Source of the DNA: Oikopleura dioica
Taxonomy: Eukaryota > Animalia > Chordata
Length of the DNA: 64,000 nt
Direction of reading: 5' to 3'
NCBI GenBank assembly: GCA_907165135.1
Contig: OU015568.1
Location: forward strand, 5,146,001 to 5,210,000
Positions 35,330 through 47,661 of this stretch are shown here, in pieces; within the stretch, counting starts at the first letter, position 1; every line of letters starts with the position of its first letter. Both the position numbers and the translations under genes were made by a program. The notes below the pieces were generated by a model. It was not told the DNA's origin and did not search any database. It saw only the letters and a program-made list of their open reading frames with translations.

Positions 35330-36715
35330 AGAATTCTTTATCTCCTCATCATTTGCTATTCTTTTTCGTCTTTTGTTGAACTGCTGCTGCTGATGCCCCG
35401 CCAGATAATTGTTCCCTGAGCAGCGGTTAGTGAAAACATAGAAAAATTATGGACTCACGTGAATTTTTGCCAATCAGCAAAATACTGAATAGCTTTTACG
35501 ATGATCGAATCGTCCATTTCGTTAAAAGAATTGGCGATGTACTCTTCTCGTCTGAGGACGTACTGGAGGTTGAAAAGCAGATACGACTACGGTAGAAATT
35601 ATCGAATAAGAGGATGAAAAAAGATGTTGATTCTTACCATCGTGAACATTACTAGAAATTGAATGATGTAACAGGAGAAGGAAAAGATCGAAACTGCTTG
35701 AAGTCTAAAATTTTTTGTTCATAAAAGTCGCTAGAATCGGATTTCCTTACCGATAAACAGGATGTTTGAGAGTTTCCCACCCGTAGTAACCAATAAGCGG
35801 TAGACATAAGTACGCTCCAACATGACAAACAGTCGCCCAAAGAATAATAAATCCTTTCTTATTCTTTTTGACGGCGCGGTCGAGGAAGAAGAGATTGCCG
35901 ATTGAGATCACGATTATTCCACTAGAATCATTGTTAATTATGAATTTGAGGTTTAGAAGGAACCGTTCCTTAGGAACGGCAATTCCTCGAGTTAGTTGAG
36001 CCACTACTTGTTTGACTTATTAATGTAAGTTTACTTACAGCATTTGGGCGGCAATACCGCCGAAAGCAACGAAGCTGCTGAAGTGAAGATATGTTCGCGT
36101 AAAGATCAGAAATGCATTCAATCCGGCTGAAAAGGATTCAAATTAGATAAACCAGGAGGACAGGTAAGTACCAGTAAGCAAGCAAATCGCAGTGAAAAAG
36201 AAAATCGCCTGTATCCCCCGCCAAGTATCACCCAGCAAGGAATCCTTCAGCTTCAAGTCCAAGTTATCGATTTTCTGAAAATAAAAATTGTAGGAAGTTA
36301 AAATCATTCGATTGTACCTCGATTTGCTCTCGTATCCGTTCCATCGGGGTAGCACTGCGTTTGTAACTTTCCACTTTGCCAGTGTGTTCATTCCACGACT
36401 GCGGGCGTAAAAGCGACAAGTCGTCATTAAAATTTCGAGTTCTGATAAAACCAATTTAATTTTTGAATTCTTTTTTAGGTTTAAGAAAGTGCGATGATGA
36501 TGATTTTTGGTGAATTTGAATGAAGATTGAAATGTCACGAATGTCAACGAAGTCTTTCTCAGTATGCCTGTTGATAACGCCAATCTTGACATAAATGACA
36601 TTTGTCTCATTAATAAATATGTCACGAACGTCACGACTGTCGTTAATATCGCAAAATCGACTACTGTCACGTCAGAATGTATTCCCGACATTCCTGACAT
36701 TCGTGACATATTCAT
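35330..36715 (-). CDS. Multi-pass membrane protein, multi-exon, boundaries uncertain
   Basis: Hydrophobic exons WRGIQAIFFFTAICLLTGTYL, FLIFTRTYLHFSSFVAFGGIAAQML, VCHVGAYLCLPLIGYYGW and LQAVSIFSFSCYIIQFLVMFTM, separated by gt..ag introns. Confidence 0.35.
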
Positions 36716-38629
36716 TAATTGCCACTTTTTATTTGCGCCTTTGAAATGACGATGGTATGTTAGTGGTTGTGCAAGTTAACTCCTGACTTTCAATTTCAAT
36801 CGTCTCGTGATCACAGCCACTTGTCTCGCAGACAATTGTTTCCGGCAGTGGCACGGGCGCACATGAAGAGGGCGTTTTGCCGCTTGAATCGGACTTTAAG
36901 TCCACTAGCTATATCTCGGTTATTCAACTGTTCCTAACGCTAGAATTGCTAGTTGTCAAGAACCAATCCTTGATCGAACTTGAACTTCCAATCCTCGAAA
37001 GAATTTTCAAAATTCCTAACATCTCTAATGAAATAACGACAAAAAATTAAAAATTCAATCGTTTTCTTGCCCGAAAGAAAATGATTCAAACGACGATTAT
37101 AAATATCGAACAGTTCTGGAAATTTGCAATATTGATCAAGCTTTTTCCGAAATCGCTCAATTTCAAAATCAATATCAAAGATATCACTGTGTATAAAATT
37201 AAGGCGAGTACTCAAATGAGCAAGTTATTTATGAAAACTTGACGTATCGACATTATTTTGAAAGAAATGAAGGCGTGTCGAGGTAAGTGAGTGAATTTAC
37301 GATGACAAAGTGTGCGGATTTTTATGAGCCGATTTTGATTAAAAAAAGGAACATCAAATACCTGAGTGTCGTATTTTGCTTCGCGTTGCTTTTCGAGAAT
37401 GCGTTGCCACTTTTGCATATGACCTGGCGACCCTTTTACTCGGCTTTGAAAAGAAAAAAAAGAAGAAGAGGACCTTCTGAATGGAACACGTGTCCTTTGG
37501 TCTCCCTTTTTATATTGAAATTCGTGTATTTACCGCCTGTATCACTTGATTAACACAAGATCTGACGGTTTAATGAAGGTTCTAACGTCCAAAACCACGA
37601 CGATTTCAGTACTGTGTCAGTACTACTGTTGTTTTAAAAGCCGTTCCTTGACTAAGCTCATCGAAGACCCACTTCTATGAGACAGTTTTGCCCGGCTTCC
37701 TTCATTCATTGTCAAAGTTATCATCGCTTTTAAAAGTGGTTTATAAAGTGGAAGCTCTGCGGTGAAAGTGATATTCTTTATGAAAGGGGGCGGTTTGGTA
37801 AGAAATCATTGATTTTTGTTGAACTCGATATTTATTTCCATTTTTGTTACATCCTTTGTTCCACCTTGCCCCTGAGAGCTTCAATTTACTGAAGATAAAA
37901 GGCTCAAAATGAAGGTGAAAACGAAAGATAAGGCATATTTAGTTTGCTTGAGCCCGTGAAAAAATAAAATTTTGGATGAAAATGAAGTTGAATTTGACAA
38001 TTTCCTGCAAGTGAAGCTGATCTCGTCCCAATTTGATCCTCGGCAAAGCTTTGAGATCTGTGTTCCATCATCTTCTTTTCTTATTATTTTTCTCTAAGAC
38101 GATGAACTAATAAAAAATAACCAAAACTGGGTGATCAGGTACTCCAATTAACTTCGCCGCGTCGGATCGTTAATTTTTCGCTTTCCAATTAAAAAAATCA
38201 GCGTCTTATATTTTACGACCGGTTCCTTTTCTGGAGAGAATTGAGGTCGAAAATTATTCGCGAATTTTTCAGCGAATATTTTCGGTAATTAGATGATTCC
38301 CCTGATTTGGGAGAAAGGATTTTATTTGAAGAGTCAAGTCATGTTAAATAAAATGCGCTGAATTTTGAATGAGTTTGCGAGCGCCAATGTTCTAACCATC
38401 TTGAAGAGAAAAAGGATGAATTATAAAAGAAATGGCTGGCGAGGGCTCAATCAAGATATTTTGGAAAGTCTTTGAACCTGCTACTAGACATTGTCAATAG
38501 AAAAACAAAGGCTTGCGTAGTCCTCATTGATTGCAAAAGACCAAAAGCGTTTGAAAGAAAAATATATGTATTGGTTAAATAAATGGATAAATGAAGGGAA
38601 AGAAGGTTGTTTAAAGTCAGCGCTCAAAT

Positions 38630-40350
38630 ACAGTTAATATATTTTGCCTCGACAGAAATCTTGTAGTTCGGAATAACATCGTACTCGAAGGCTTTTAGTT
38701 GATCGCCCTCAATGAAGATTCGCTGGAGATTCTGACCTGCACCTCTGAAAAAAACATAAAGAGATTTATGTAAGTCATTGATTCTCACATTCCGTGAAGG
38801 ATATTGTTCAAGCTGAGAAATTGAGTGATCGTGTGATGAACATGACCAACAGTTGTGAACTTTTCATCATCGAAGCGGACAATTGTTCTTCCACTTTGAG
38901 CAATAAAGATTCCGTTCGGTGTGGAAACAATTCCTCCAGATCGATATGAGCTATAATTTTATTAATAAATATTTTTATTTGAACGTAAATTCTTACCCAT
39001 ATTCTACTCCTTCAACAATTGACCATCGAGTTCCATTAAGGAATTCAACTGTTTTTGCAAAAGGGTAGCAATAATTACTATCGTAGCCACCGAAAACGTA
39101 AAATTTGCCTCTGTTTTCGCCCATGATCCCCAATGGATGATGATTTTAAGTTCTTCTATCCCATTCTCTAACTTAAACAGCTCGAAACGGAAAAGATTAA
39201 ATATTGCGAGGTTGTTCTGACCCTTAATCTGAGTCGCCATCAAAAATTTGGCATTCGTTACCAGCTTGGTGGTCTTGATATCTTGTGTTACGGTAGTTAA
39301 AGTCTTTGTTGTACGATCCGAAGCAGATGTAAACTTAAGATAATAATAATAATATCAAATGACAACTTAAAATCTTCACCTTCATTATCGTAGGTATAGA
39401 GCGTTGACCAATCTTTCAATGGGTATAAAAGTGAGGCTGTTTTGCCCCCAAAGTAATATAGTTTATTCTTCAAAATTATTGATCTTGTATTCTCCAGAGC
39501 TCCAGAGCTCAATTTGAAATTTGTGACCTTTGAAGAAGCCCGATCTTATATTTGTTAACAATCTTTCTTTTTAAGGGAATTTTTACTCGTTTATTTGAAG
39601 CGACTCCGTTCAGCGTCATCATTGAAAATGAAGAATGACCCCTGAAATTTGAACGGAGACAAAGAGGAGGATAATGTGTCCTCGTCTTAATATTTTTAAT
39701 TCAAATATAACCCAGATCTCTCAAACCTCTGACGTTTTCCTTTGTGAGCGTAAAGTCGCATTGGTAGGATCCCGTGCAAGAGGTCTTAGGAGCACATCCA
39801 GTATCGCAGTTTGCGTTGCAAGGACAGTCCTCGACCTTCTTGTCGAATGCTGAGCAACAATCATCGTAGCAGGTTGAATTCGCAGAGCAGACCTTAGTTT
39901 ATTACGAATGCTCTAACAGATGACTAAACCTTGATGCAAGCAGAGAAAGCGCCACTCGCCCGATCCATACAACGCATGTAGTTCGGATTATTTTCCTGGG
40001 GCTTTTCGCAGACGTTCGTGTCCTTACAGGTTGCTTCAGGTTCATCACAGCATCTTCCTTGTGCATCGCGATTGTCAGGGCATGGGTCCTTCCGTGGATC
40101 CTTTCGTGTTCCGATTCAATAGTAAGTACTATTCAAAAATAGAGAAAATTATGCTCAAAATATGATTTCTCTGTTCGTCAGAGTCTGTTAATAATAATCT
40201 TTACGTTTCACATTTAATCCTCTCCTTCGAGTTACAAGGGCAAAGTATCACACAATCAATCGCTTGATATCCACATGCCAGGGCGCAGCTCATGTCATCA
40301 ATGCATTTGCTGTGGCATTCCCCGTATTCGGCTTTGCATTTTGCCTCACA
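38630..40350 (-). pseudogene. Cys-rich plus beta-propeller-like gene fragment, at least one frameshift
   Basis: GECHSKCIDDMSCALACG, CCSAFDKKVEDCPCNANCDTGC, KNKLYYFGG, LQRIFIEGDQL; frameshift near 40240 relative to the related module at 43250. Extent approximate. Confidence 0.45.
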
Positions 40351-40614
40351 CGTCAAACAAAAATTTTCATAACTAAATAGACAATGACCAGTTTTTCAGT
40401 AAAAAATGAAAATATTTTCCGAAAATTATGATCTGTTCTGAACTTACGGGCAAAATTGAGTCTTCGGTGATAAGTGAGCCTCGACCGCGATTCCAGCGAA
40501 AATTGAAAACAATTTCGACCTCATAGTTTTGTGGTGATGAACTTGAGCAAGCTTTGATTAAATAGGCCAATGTACTAGGGCAAGATGGGTTATAGTTTCC
40601 ATTCTATAAGGAAC

Positions 40615-41735
40615 AATGTGGTGGGACTGGGTTCGTGGGACTAGGTTCGTGGGTTTTTAATTGAAATTTTTTCTATAAAGAACAATAAAATGCGATTAGG
40701 TTCGTGGGACTAGGTTCGTGGGTTTTTAATTGAATTTTTTTCTATAAGGAAGAATAAAGTGTGACTAGGTTCGTGGGACTAGGTTCGTGGGTTTTAATTG
40801 AAATTTTTTCTATAAAGAACAATAAAATGCGACTAGGTTCGTGGGACTAGGTTCGTGGGTTTTTAATTGAAATTTTTTCTATAAAGAACAATAAAATGCG
40901 GCTAGGTTCGTGGGACTAGGTTCGTGGGTTTAAATATTGGTAAAGTTGAATGGTAAAAATTGACTTTCCCACCCCACCCCCAAATAAGCCGCTAGGCTCT
41001 TTAACTGAATTTCTATGTTAGCGCTGAATAACAATGGTTGCCATACTTCATGGTTAAAAAATGGTGAGAGTATAGCTCTCCCATTAGATTATTTAAAGCC
41101 TAACCATAACAAACAAAAAAATAAAAAAATACATATAAAAATCCAAATTCCACGAACCTAGTCTCACGAACCTAGTCTCACGAACCTAGTCTCACGAACC
41201 TAGTCTTCACGAACCTAATCTTCCCGAACCTAGTCCCACGAACCTAGTCTTCACGAACCTAGTCTTCACGAACCTAGTCTTCACGAACCTAGTCCCACGA
41301 ACCCAGTCGCACTTCACTTTTCCTTATAAAAAAATTTCAAAACCCACGAACCTAGTCCCACGAACCTAGTCGCACATAATTTCTCCTTATAGAATAAAAA
41401 TAATTACCAATTAAAAACCCACGAACCTAGTCCCACGAACCTAGTCGCACATATTTTTTCCTTATAGAATAAAAATTATAACCAATCAAAAACCCACGAA
41501 CCTATATTTAGATAACAATATTATATTATATGATCATTAACAATTACAATTCATGCATATAAATATATATAAATAAATATATACATATAAATAATACTCA
41601 ATCATTATAAATAAAAATATACATATAAAATCAAAAACTCACGAACCTAGTCCCACGAACCACCTTTTCCAGCCAGACACCCACGAACCTAGTCCCACGA
41701 ACCTAGTCCCCACGAACCTAGTCATCCCACACATT
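40615..41735. mobile_element. Foldback-like element with inverted subterminal minisatellite arrays
   Basis: gggactaggttcgtg units forward at 40620-40930 and reverse-complement (cacgaacctagtcc) at 41150-41725; higher-order roughly 60-bp repeats; ends aatgtggtggga / tcccacacatt. Confidence 0.8.
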
Positions 41736-42432
41736 AGAATTACAAATTTCAAACAAGCTAGAGAATATTGAGAGCATCGGTTGTGTCTAAAACCCAGCAT
41801 TTCGGGGTCAAGTGGTATCGTTCTTCCACAGCAGTGAATTTTTCCCCTCTGAAAACAGCATTTTATCATTTTCATTGGCGATTTTTTCTTTACTTAATAA
41901 GGACAGAGGCAGTTCCATCTTCTTTAGGCACAACAACATAAGCGTTGTTATTCATAAAAGCGCCGATAATTCTCTTTACTTTGTAAAAATCCTCGACTTG
42001 TCCATGTTCAACAGAAACCTAAAACTTTCACGCAACCAGTTTCGAATCCTTCTCCAGACTCTTTCATGTCTTCAACTTCGGTTTCAAGACCATTTTCAGT
42101 GCTGACGTTGATCGATTCTCCCTCAGGAGAGCGGATATTAACCGATTTGAGGAATTTACGTCCCTTTTCATTTTCGAACATTTTGGCGACAAAGGACAGT
42201 CCGCTTGGATCGAAGGGCAGAACAAGATCGTCAAGGGTTTCAGGATCGTAGTCGAAGCAAATTGGAGGCTTGCCAAGAGTTTGGGCTTGAGTCGGCTTGG
42301 GCGTGACCACCAGCTCCCTACAAAAAGCGCTCATTTTTTTCTCGATTTCAAAGTTTTGACTCACCGCGTCGTAGTTGTTGTTCTGATTGTGGTTCTGGCT
42401 CGGCTGATTGTAGTTCTGCTGATTGTACTGGT

Positions 42433-43003
42433 CTAGGGTCGGACCCCTTACTAAGGTTTCCTTAGTTACTAAGGGTATGGGTTTTGATTTTGATGAAAAT
42501 CAAGAAAGGCCTAAGGAAGGACTAAGGGCCTTCCTTACTAAGGCCTTAGTAACCTTAGTAAGGATTTGATAAGGTACGATTTGCAAAAATGTTCTTATCG
42601 ATGAAAATAGCATTTATTTAAGTCAACGACCCTATATTTCGAACAATTGGTTATTTTTTTGCAGTCAGTAAGTTGGCAAGAGACATTTTTCTTAAATTCC
42701 TTCACAACTCGTCCTTAATTCCTTTCCTTACTAAGGCTTGTGAAAAGGTTTTTTAATAAAAGCGCCCTCCAAATGCGTAGGCCGTCGAAAAAATCCTTTT
42801 TAAAATCCTTAGTAAGGAAAGGAATTAAGGAAAAATCGCTAAGGATTGAAGATCCTTACTAAGGATCTCTGAAAACTCAGAAAGGAACTATGGTAAGGAT
42901 TTTTTTCAGCCGAAATCCGAAAAAGGGTAAGGAAAAAATCCTTACCTTACTAAGGGAAGGACCCTTAGTAAGCAAAAAATAAAGGAAGGAAGTCCGACCC
43001 TAG
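42433..43003. mobile_element. hAT-like MITE inserted in the pseudogene exon
   Basis: TIR ctagggtcggac / gtccgaccctag, perfect 8-bp TSD gtactggt, internal ccttactaagg repeats. Confidence 0.92.
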
Positions 43004-43297
43004 GTACTGGTTCTTATAATTGTTGTTGTTGTAGTTTCCCAACATTTGTTCTTCTTCTCCTGGTCCTTCCTCTCCGGCTTCATCAACAACGGCTTCCTGG
43101 ATCTTTTCTGGTGTAGTGTCTTCGACAGTTGTTGTGGTGGTAAACGTTGTTTTCGTTGGTTCTTCCGTTGTTGTTAATTTCTTCCTTGTATCGGTACCCG
43201 TAAAATTATTTCGACATTTTGCGGCATCAGGACACTCATCTTCTGAATTGCATGGACAAATGATGACGCAGTCATTCGCGGCATATCCACAGCCGTG

Positions 43298-43678
43298 CAG
43301 TGAAAACTCAAAATTTTGCCTACTCGAAATTTGGCCGGTTTTGGTCGAAATTGACTGATTTTAGAATCTGAAAAATACTGGCCGCTTTTTCAAAAATAGA
43401 AAATTTTGGATCAAAATTGCGCCCAAATAATGCTATTCCTGGGCATTTTTAGAGTGTTTAAATTATCTTAAATGACAATTTCTAAAATAAATGTCTTCAA
43501 ACAAGCAAAAATTTGAATAAAATTACTCAAAAACGTGAAAATCATGCCCATTTTCGAAAATTTCGAAAATTTGCTTCTTAGAAGGGGACTCTTGGCTATC
43601 TGGAAAAAAAACTCAAAATTTGGCCGCTTTTTTCTTGAATGAGGATCTAAAAACCGGCCAATTTTTGTGTTTTCACTG
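43298..43678. mobile_element. MITE with CAG..CTG ends splitting a Cys-rich exon
   Basis: TIR cagtgaaaactcaaaatttt / atttttgtgttttcactg; no intact TSD. Confidence 0.7.
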
Positions 43679-43885
43679 TAATAGAGCGTAGCTCATGTCA
43701 TCAATGCATTTGCTGTGACATTCTCCGTATTGGCTCTTGCATTGAATCAATAATTGTTTTTTTTTTCAAAAAAAATGATTTTTACAAACAACAATTAAGG
43801 ATAATAGGCTATTATTATTAATAGCAACAGGGATAATAAAATTTAATAAAATAAAAATATAGACATTTTATCTGAGAATTTATTA

Positions 43886-46800
43886 TTAGACACAATAATC
43901 AGGAGAGACCTCAAGAAGAACAGGAACCCAACTAAAACGAGTGCCGTGAATATATTCGGTCTTGACCAGTTCATCTCCTTCAAAGTCGAGTCGTTGAATT
44001 GGTGCTGGATTTTTAAATTCGCCGGCGACAATGAAAATTGAGTTTTTGATCATAATTGCGGATCCCGTGTTGTCAGCCTGAATTAAAATATAAATTTTCT
44101 GTTTTAAGAATAAAGCCGCTCCAGAAGCACTTTTAAAACCAATAAAGCTCTTCTCACTTCGTGAGGGGGTGAGTGTGGGCAAGTGCGGCAGCGTTAGAAA
44201 GACGCCAGCGCTGCTGAGTACGGCCCTCCACCTCATCTTTTTCTCGGGCTGGAGATCACTCTTGTCCGTAACCGACTATGACTCTTTACTTTTGAAATGA
44301 AAAAAATCTACCGTCCCATTTTCGAGCTACGAGTGTTCTTCTGGAGCGGCTATATCCTTGACATATTTTAACTTACGTATTGAAGATCCCCAATTTTATT
44401 CCAGTTGTTGTTTTGAAGAAGCCAAATTGCTGTTTGACTATAAGATTGATCATTTTCTCCTCCGGCAAGCAAAAGACTTCCACTTGGAAGGCCCATCAAA
44501 ATATGATATTGTATTTCGCTAAATATTTTTTGAAATTAATAATTCCTTCAAGAATACCTTGGGAAATCGGCTAAAGAGGACCAGCCTTCAGAATTAAGAG
44601 TTTCGACCCGATTACTATCTTGAGAGCCCCCAACAGTTGTTGGGTGCCCTTTGTAGAAACCTAGCTTGCCTCCGTTATGGGCAAATTTGGATGCATGTGT
44701 CGTAGCTGAAGTTTCTCCATCGAAAATTTCACATCTCTTCCCTTCGCCGTAATTAAAGCAAATAAGTGCTTTATCGCCATTTTCGATCGTCAGTGCTGCG
44801 GAAAGAATACTCATCCTATAGATCAATCTTGTCGACTGCTCTTCCCACTCGCAGCCAGTCAATTTCGCAATCTGTATTTAATTATTACAAAATTACTAAA
44901 CGTCATAACTTGTTGTTTCTCCGTTCTTCCACCAAAAACGAAGAGCTCGTTCTTAATAAGAGCATGACAAGCCCATTCTAGGTAGTCGTCGGAAGGACCT
45001 GTAATTGTTGCATCCGTCGATGTTGATCCATCGAGTGAGATTAAGAATGAGTCGTCCAAGTCATCGCCCATTATCAAAAGGTACTTGGGAAATAATTAAA
45101 AGTTTGCGAATAGTTTGACCCGTTGCCGAGCAACAACAGGCCCCGATGCTTGAAATCGCACTGCTAATCTAGGGTCGGCACCGACCCGACTAAAAACCCG
45201 ACCTGGTCGGAAATGGTCGGATTGATAGGGGCACCGACCGGACCGACCATTGATTATGACTTTTTGAATTGGTTGGTCTGTTTTTGGTCGGTTTAAACCT
45301 ACGCATTGTGCGATTTATTCAATTCTCTCCGGCGAAAGGAGAAAAAATCGACGGCGAGTCCGCGCTAAAGCTCTTGAAAATCTTACTTTTCAGGGCAAAT
45401 CTACTGTTACAGTAAAATGCTTCGATTCGAAAGCCTCGAGCGCTGTCTTTTGTCTGCTCTTTTTTCTTGGCACAATTTTGTGAACTATATTCTGAGTAGA
45501 CAGTTCCAATTGGTACCCGAATTTTCTCGTCTGGGATCAGGCTTATATCATATAAGTTATATGAAGTATGGTCAGATTAAATTATTTTCGCTTTCTGATT
45601 CAAAATCTTCAAAAAAAGTACTCTACAAGGAAAGCTTTTTGTGAAATTACAATTTTTTACTCTTTTAAAACTTCACTTTCGAGCTAATACTCGACAAAGC
45701 TTGATCCGATTTATGATTTATCCGAAGGACCGGCCAAAAAAAGCCGACCCGACCGACCAAACCGACCACGGATTCGGCCTCTTTTCACGGGGACCGACCA
45801 AACCGACCATGAAAAATGGTGGTCGGCGCCGACCCTTGCCGCTTATTGGCGCAGAAGACATACATATAATGTATTAACGCCTGCCGCTCGGACTGTTTTT
45901 TACCTTTTCATTCTCTTTCGAATTTGGAGCTTCGAGAAAAGATCTTTCGGAAACGCCGGTTTGATTTCGAATTTTTTGAGATTGAATATTTTCGTCCAAT
46001 ATATCGATTCTAAAGAAAAGATTGAACGAATTCTTTTCATTTTTCGTCCACAAATAGTATAAAGTTACTTGCCTTGTTTTTGATTCATCAAGGTCTTCCT
46101 CGGGTCTCTTCATTTCTTCCAAATCGTCATCTTGATTTTCGCATCTTTGGATTTTCGAAGCTCGAAGATTTCTATTTTCTTCCTTTAGCCGTCTGATTTC
46201 GTCATTTTTCTCAATCAACAAAGCAGTTTTTCTTTCGTTTTCTTCTTTGAAAGAATTTGCCTTCTTTCGCAAAGTGGAGATTTTTGAATCGCAGTCGTCA
46301 GCAGAATTGCAAATTTTTAAAATTTCCTCTGAGCTAAGCTTGCTGAGCTGAGGTCGAAATTTAGCTGAGCTGGCCTCTTTCAAAAACAACTAAGCTGAGC
46401 TGAGCTTAGCTGTTTTTTTCAAAAAAATTGATCTTAGCTGAGCTGAGCTTGGGCTTTTCTGTAAATTGTTGAGCTGGCTTTATTCAAAAAAATTTAGCTG
46501 AGCTGAGCTATCTGAGCAAGCTCACAAAATTTGCAACTCTGGTCGTCAGAAAAATTGAAGCAGGGGCACTTGCTGATTTCTTCCTCAAAGGTTTTTCTTT
46601 TAGCGGTTTTTTTTTACTTTTTTTTTAATTAAGCTAATTAGTTTTCGTGTAAGTAAAAATCAATTCCTGCAAATTTCTAGACAATCAATTGTTTTGCATC
46701 TTCTTTTGCATTTTTTCTCCATTTTTTCCGCGTTTCTGTTGCATCTTTTTGAGTTATTTTGGTACTTTGATCCTTCCGAGCTCTGACAAAAATCGCTGCA

Positions 46801-46902
46801 AGAAAACTCCTTCGAACAAACACTTCCGTAGTTCCTTTTCTCCCTCGACTGAGCAGCTATTCCGACAAGGAGGAGCCATATTCCAAAAATAATTGCCCTC
46901 AT
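43886..46902 (-). CDS. Secreted Cys-rich / coiled-coil / kelch-like beta-propeller protein (hand-assembled single model)
   Basis: Signal MRAIIFGIWLLLVGIAA; 8-Cys exon joined in frame through a GA-AG intron (46597-46666) to KTFEEEISKCPC; coiled coil; ENEK|YLLIMGDD; CHALIKNELFVFGG, ALICF..RCEIFDG, GKLGFYKGHPTTVGG; ends PVLLEVSPDYCV*. Joining all parts is inference. Confidence 0.55.
45169..45838. mobile_element. hAT-like MITE with ccgacc subterminal repeats (intronic in the model above)
   Basis: TIR ctagggtcggc / gccgacccttg, degenerate 8-bp TSD ctgctaat / ccgcttat; TIR shared with 42433-43003. Confidence 0.75.
46302..46541. mobile_element. hAT-like MITE (agctg family) inserted in a coding exon
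   Basis: TIR cagaattgcaaatttt / aaaatttgcaactctg, perfect 8-bp TSD gtcgtcag. Confidence 0.92.
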
Positions 46903-47661
46903 TTTTTTCTCTTATTTTTTCTGAGGAAGTATTGTTATTGAGCTTTCGCTGCCTCTTTTTCTGTTTGCACTCTCTTAATCGCGCTTTTGCAGAGGCAGTC
47001 TCGAACAAAACGTGATCAAGTTCACCCTCACGTTCTCGTTTCAGAATGTTTTTATTTAAGATTTATTTAAGATTAAGTCAAGATTTTCTCGATTCGATCC
47101 AGAGGCTGCGCTGAAGAAGAAGACACCGATCCATCCACTGATGAAATCACTCCTTCCCCCCTCAACCATCAGAAGATCCGAGAAACCTAAATGATGCAGA
47201 ACTTCTATGCAAATGCAAACAAACAATTCTACATCCAACAACCCCAATTTTTAGAAAATCAACTCTTCCAAATTCAAGTTTAGCCAGTTGAACCGAATAC
47301 GTAAACAAACGTCCAGGAACCGACTTGAGTGCCAACAACAAAGAGACAAAAAGCGGAAATATGCAGGATATCCTTCTCATTCTTAATTTTCTCGCAGAAA
47401 AGCTTATTTACTTTTGTTGAAAAGCAATTTCTCGCTGCGTTTGTTATTCCTTCTATGGACACAAAAATGATTCAGAAACCTTACTCGGCTGGGGGGGAGA
47501 GAAAAATTCTGTGGACAGAACCATTCTGTTTGAAACAGAACTATTCTGTGTCGTACCTTTTATTAATTCTGATACAGTTGTGGTCAAGATTAAAGATTTA
47601 GGATTAGCATATGACCCTGAATGAGACTTCATGACAATTTTTGTGAACAAATTTATTAGAA

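Larger units (their letters stand above)
41740..43740 (-). pseudogene. Disabled chimeric copy of the ITIH C-terminal-domain gene
   Basis: Colinear with 47662-48700, but the ADPHF motif is destroyed and frameshifted, an internal segment is deleted, there are two MITE insertions, and the 5' part is a Cys-rich module like that at 40240-40350. Confidence 0.8.

Noticed and set aside
40615-41735. CRISPR-like array of gggactaggttcgtg repeats
   Set aside because: Units are 14-15 bp, often directly tandem, spacers are themselves repeated, orientation flips mid-way, there are no cas genes and the context is eukaryotic.
42445-42990. Telomere-like taagg/cctta repeats
   Set aside because: Irregular, on both strands, and enclosed by TIRs with a perfect 8-bp TSD, so they are MITE subterminal repeats.
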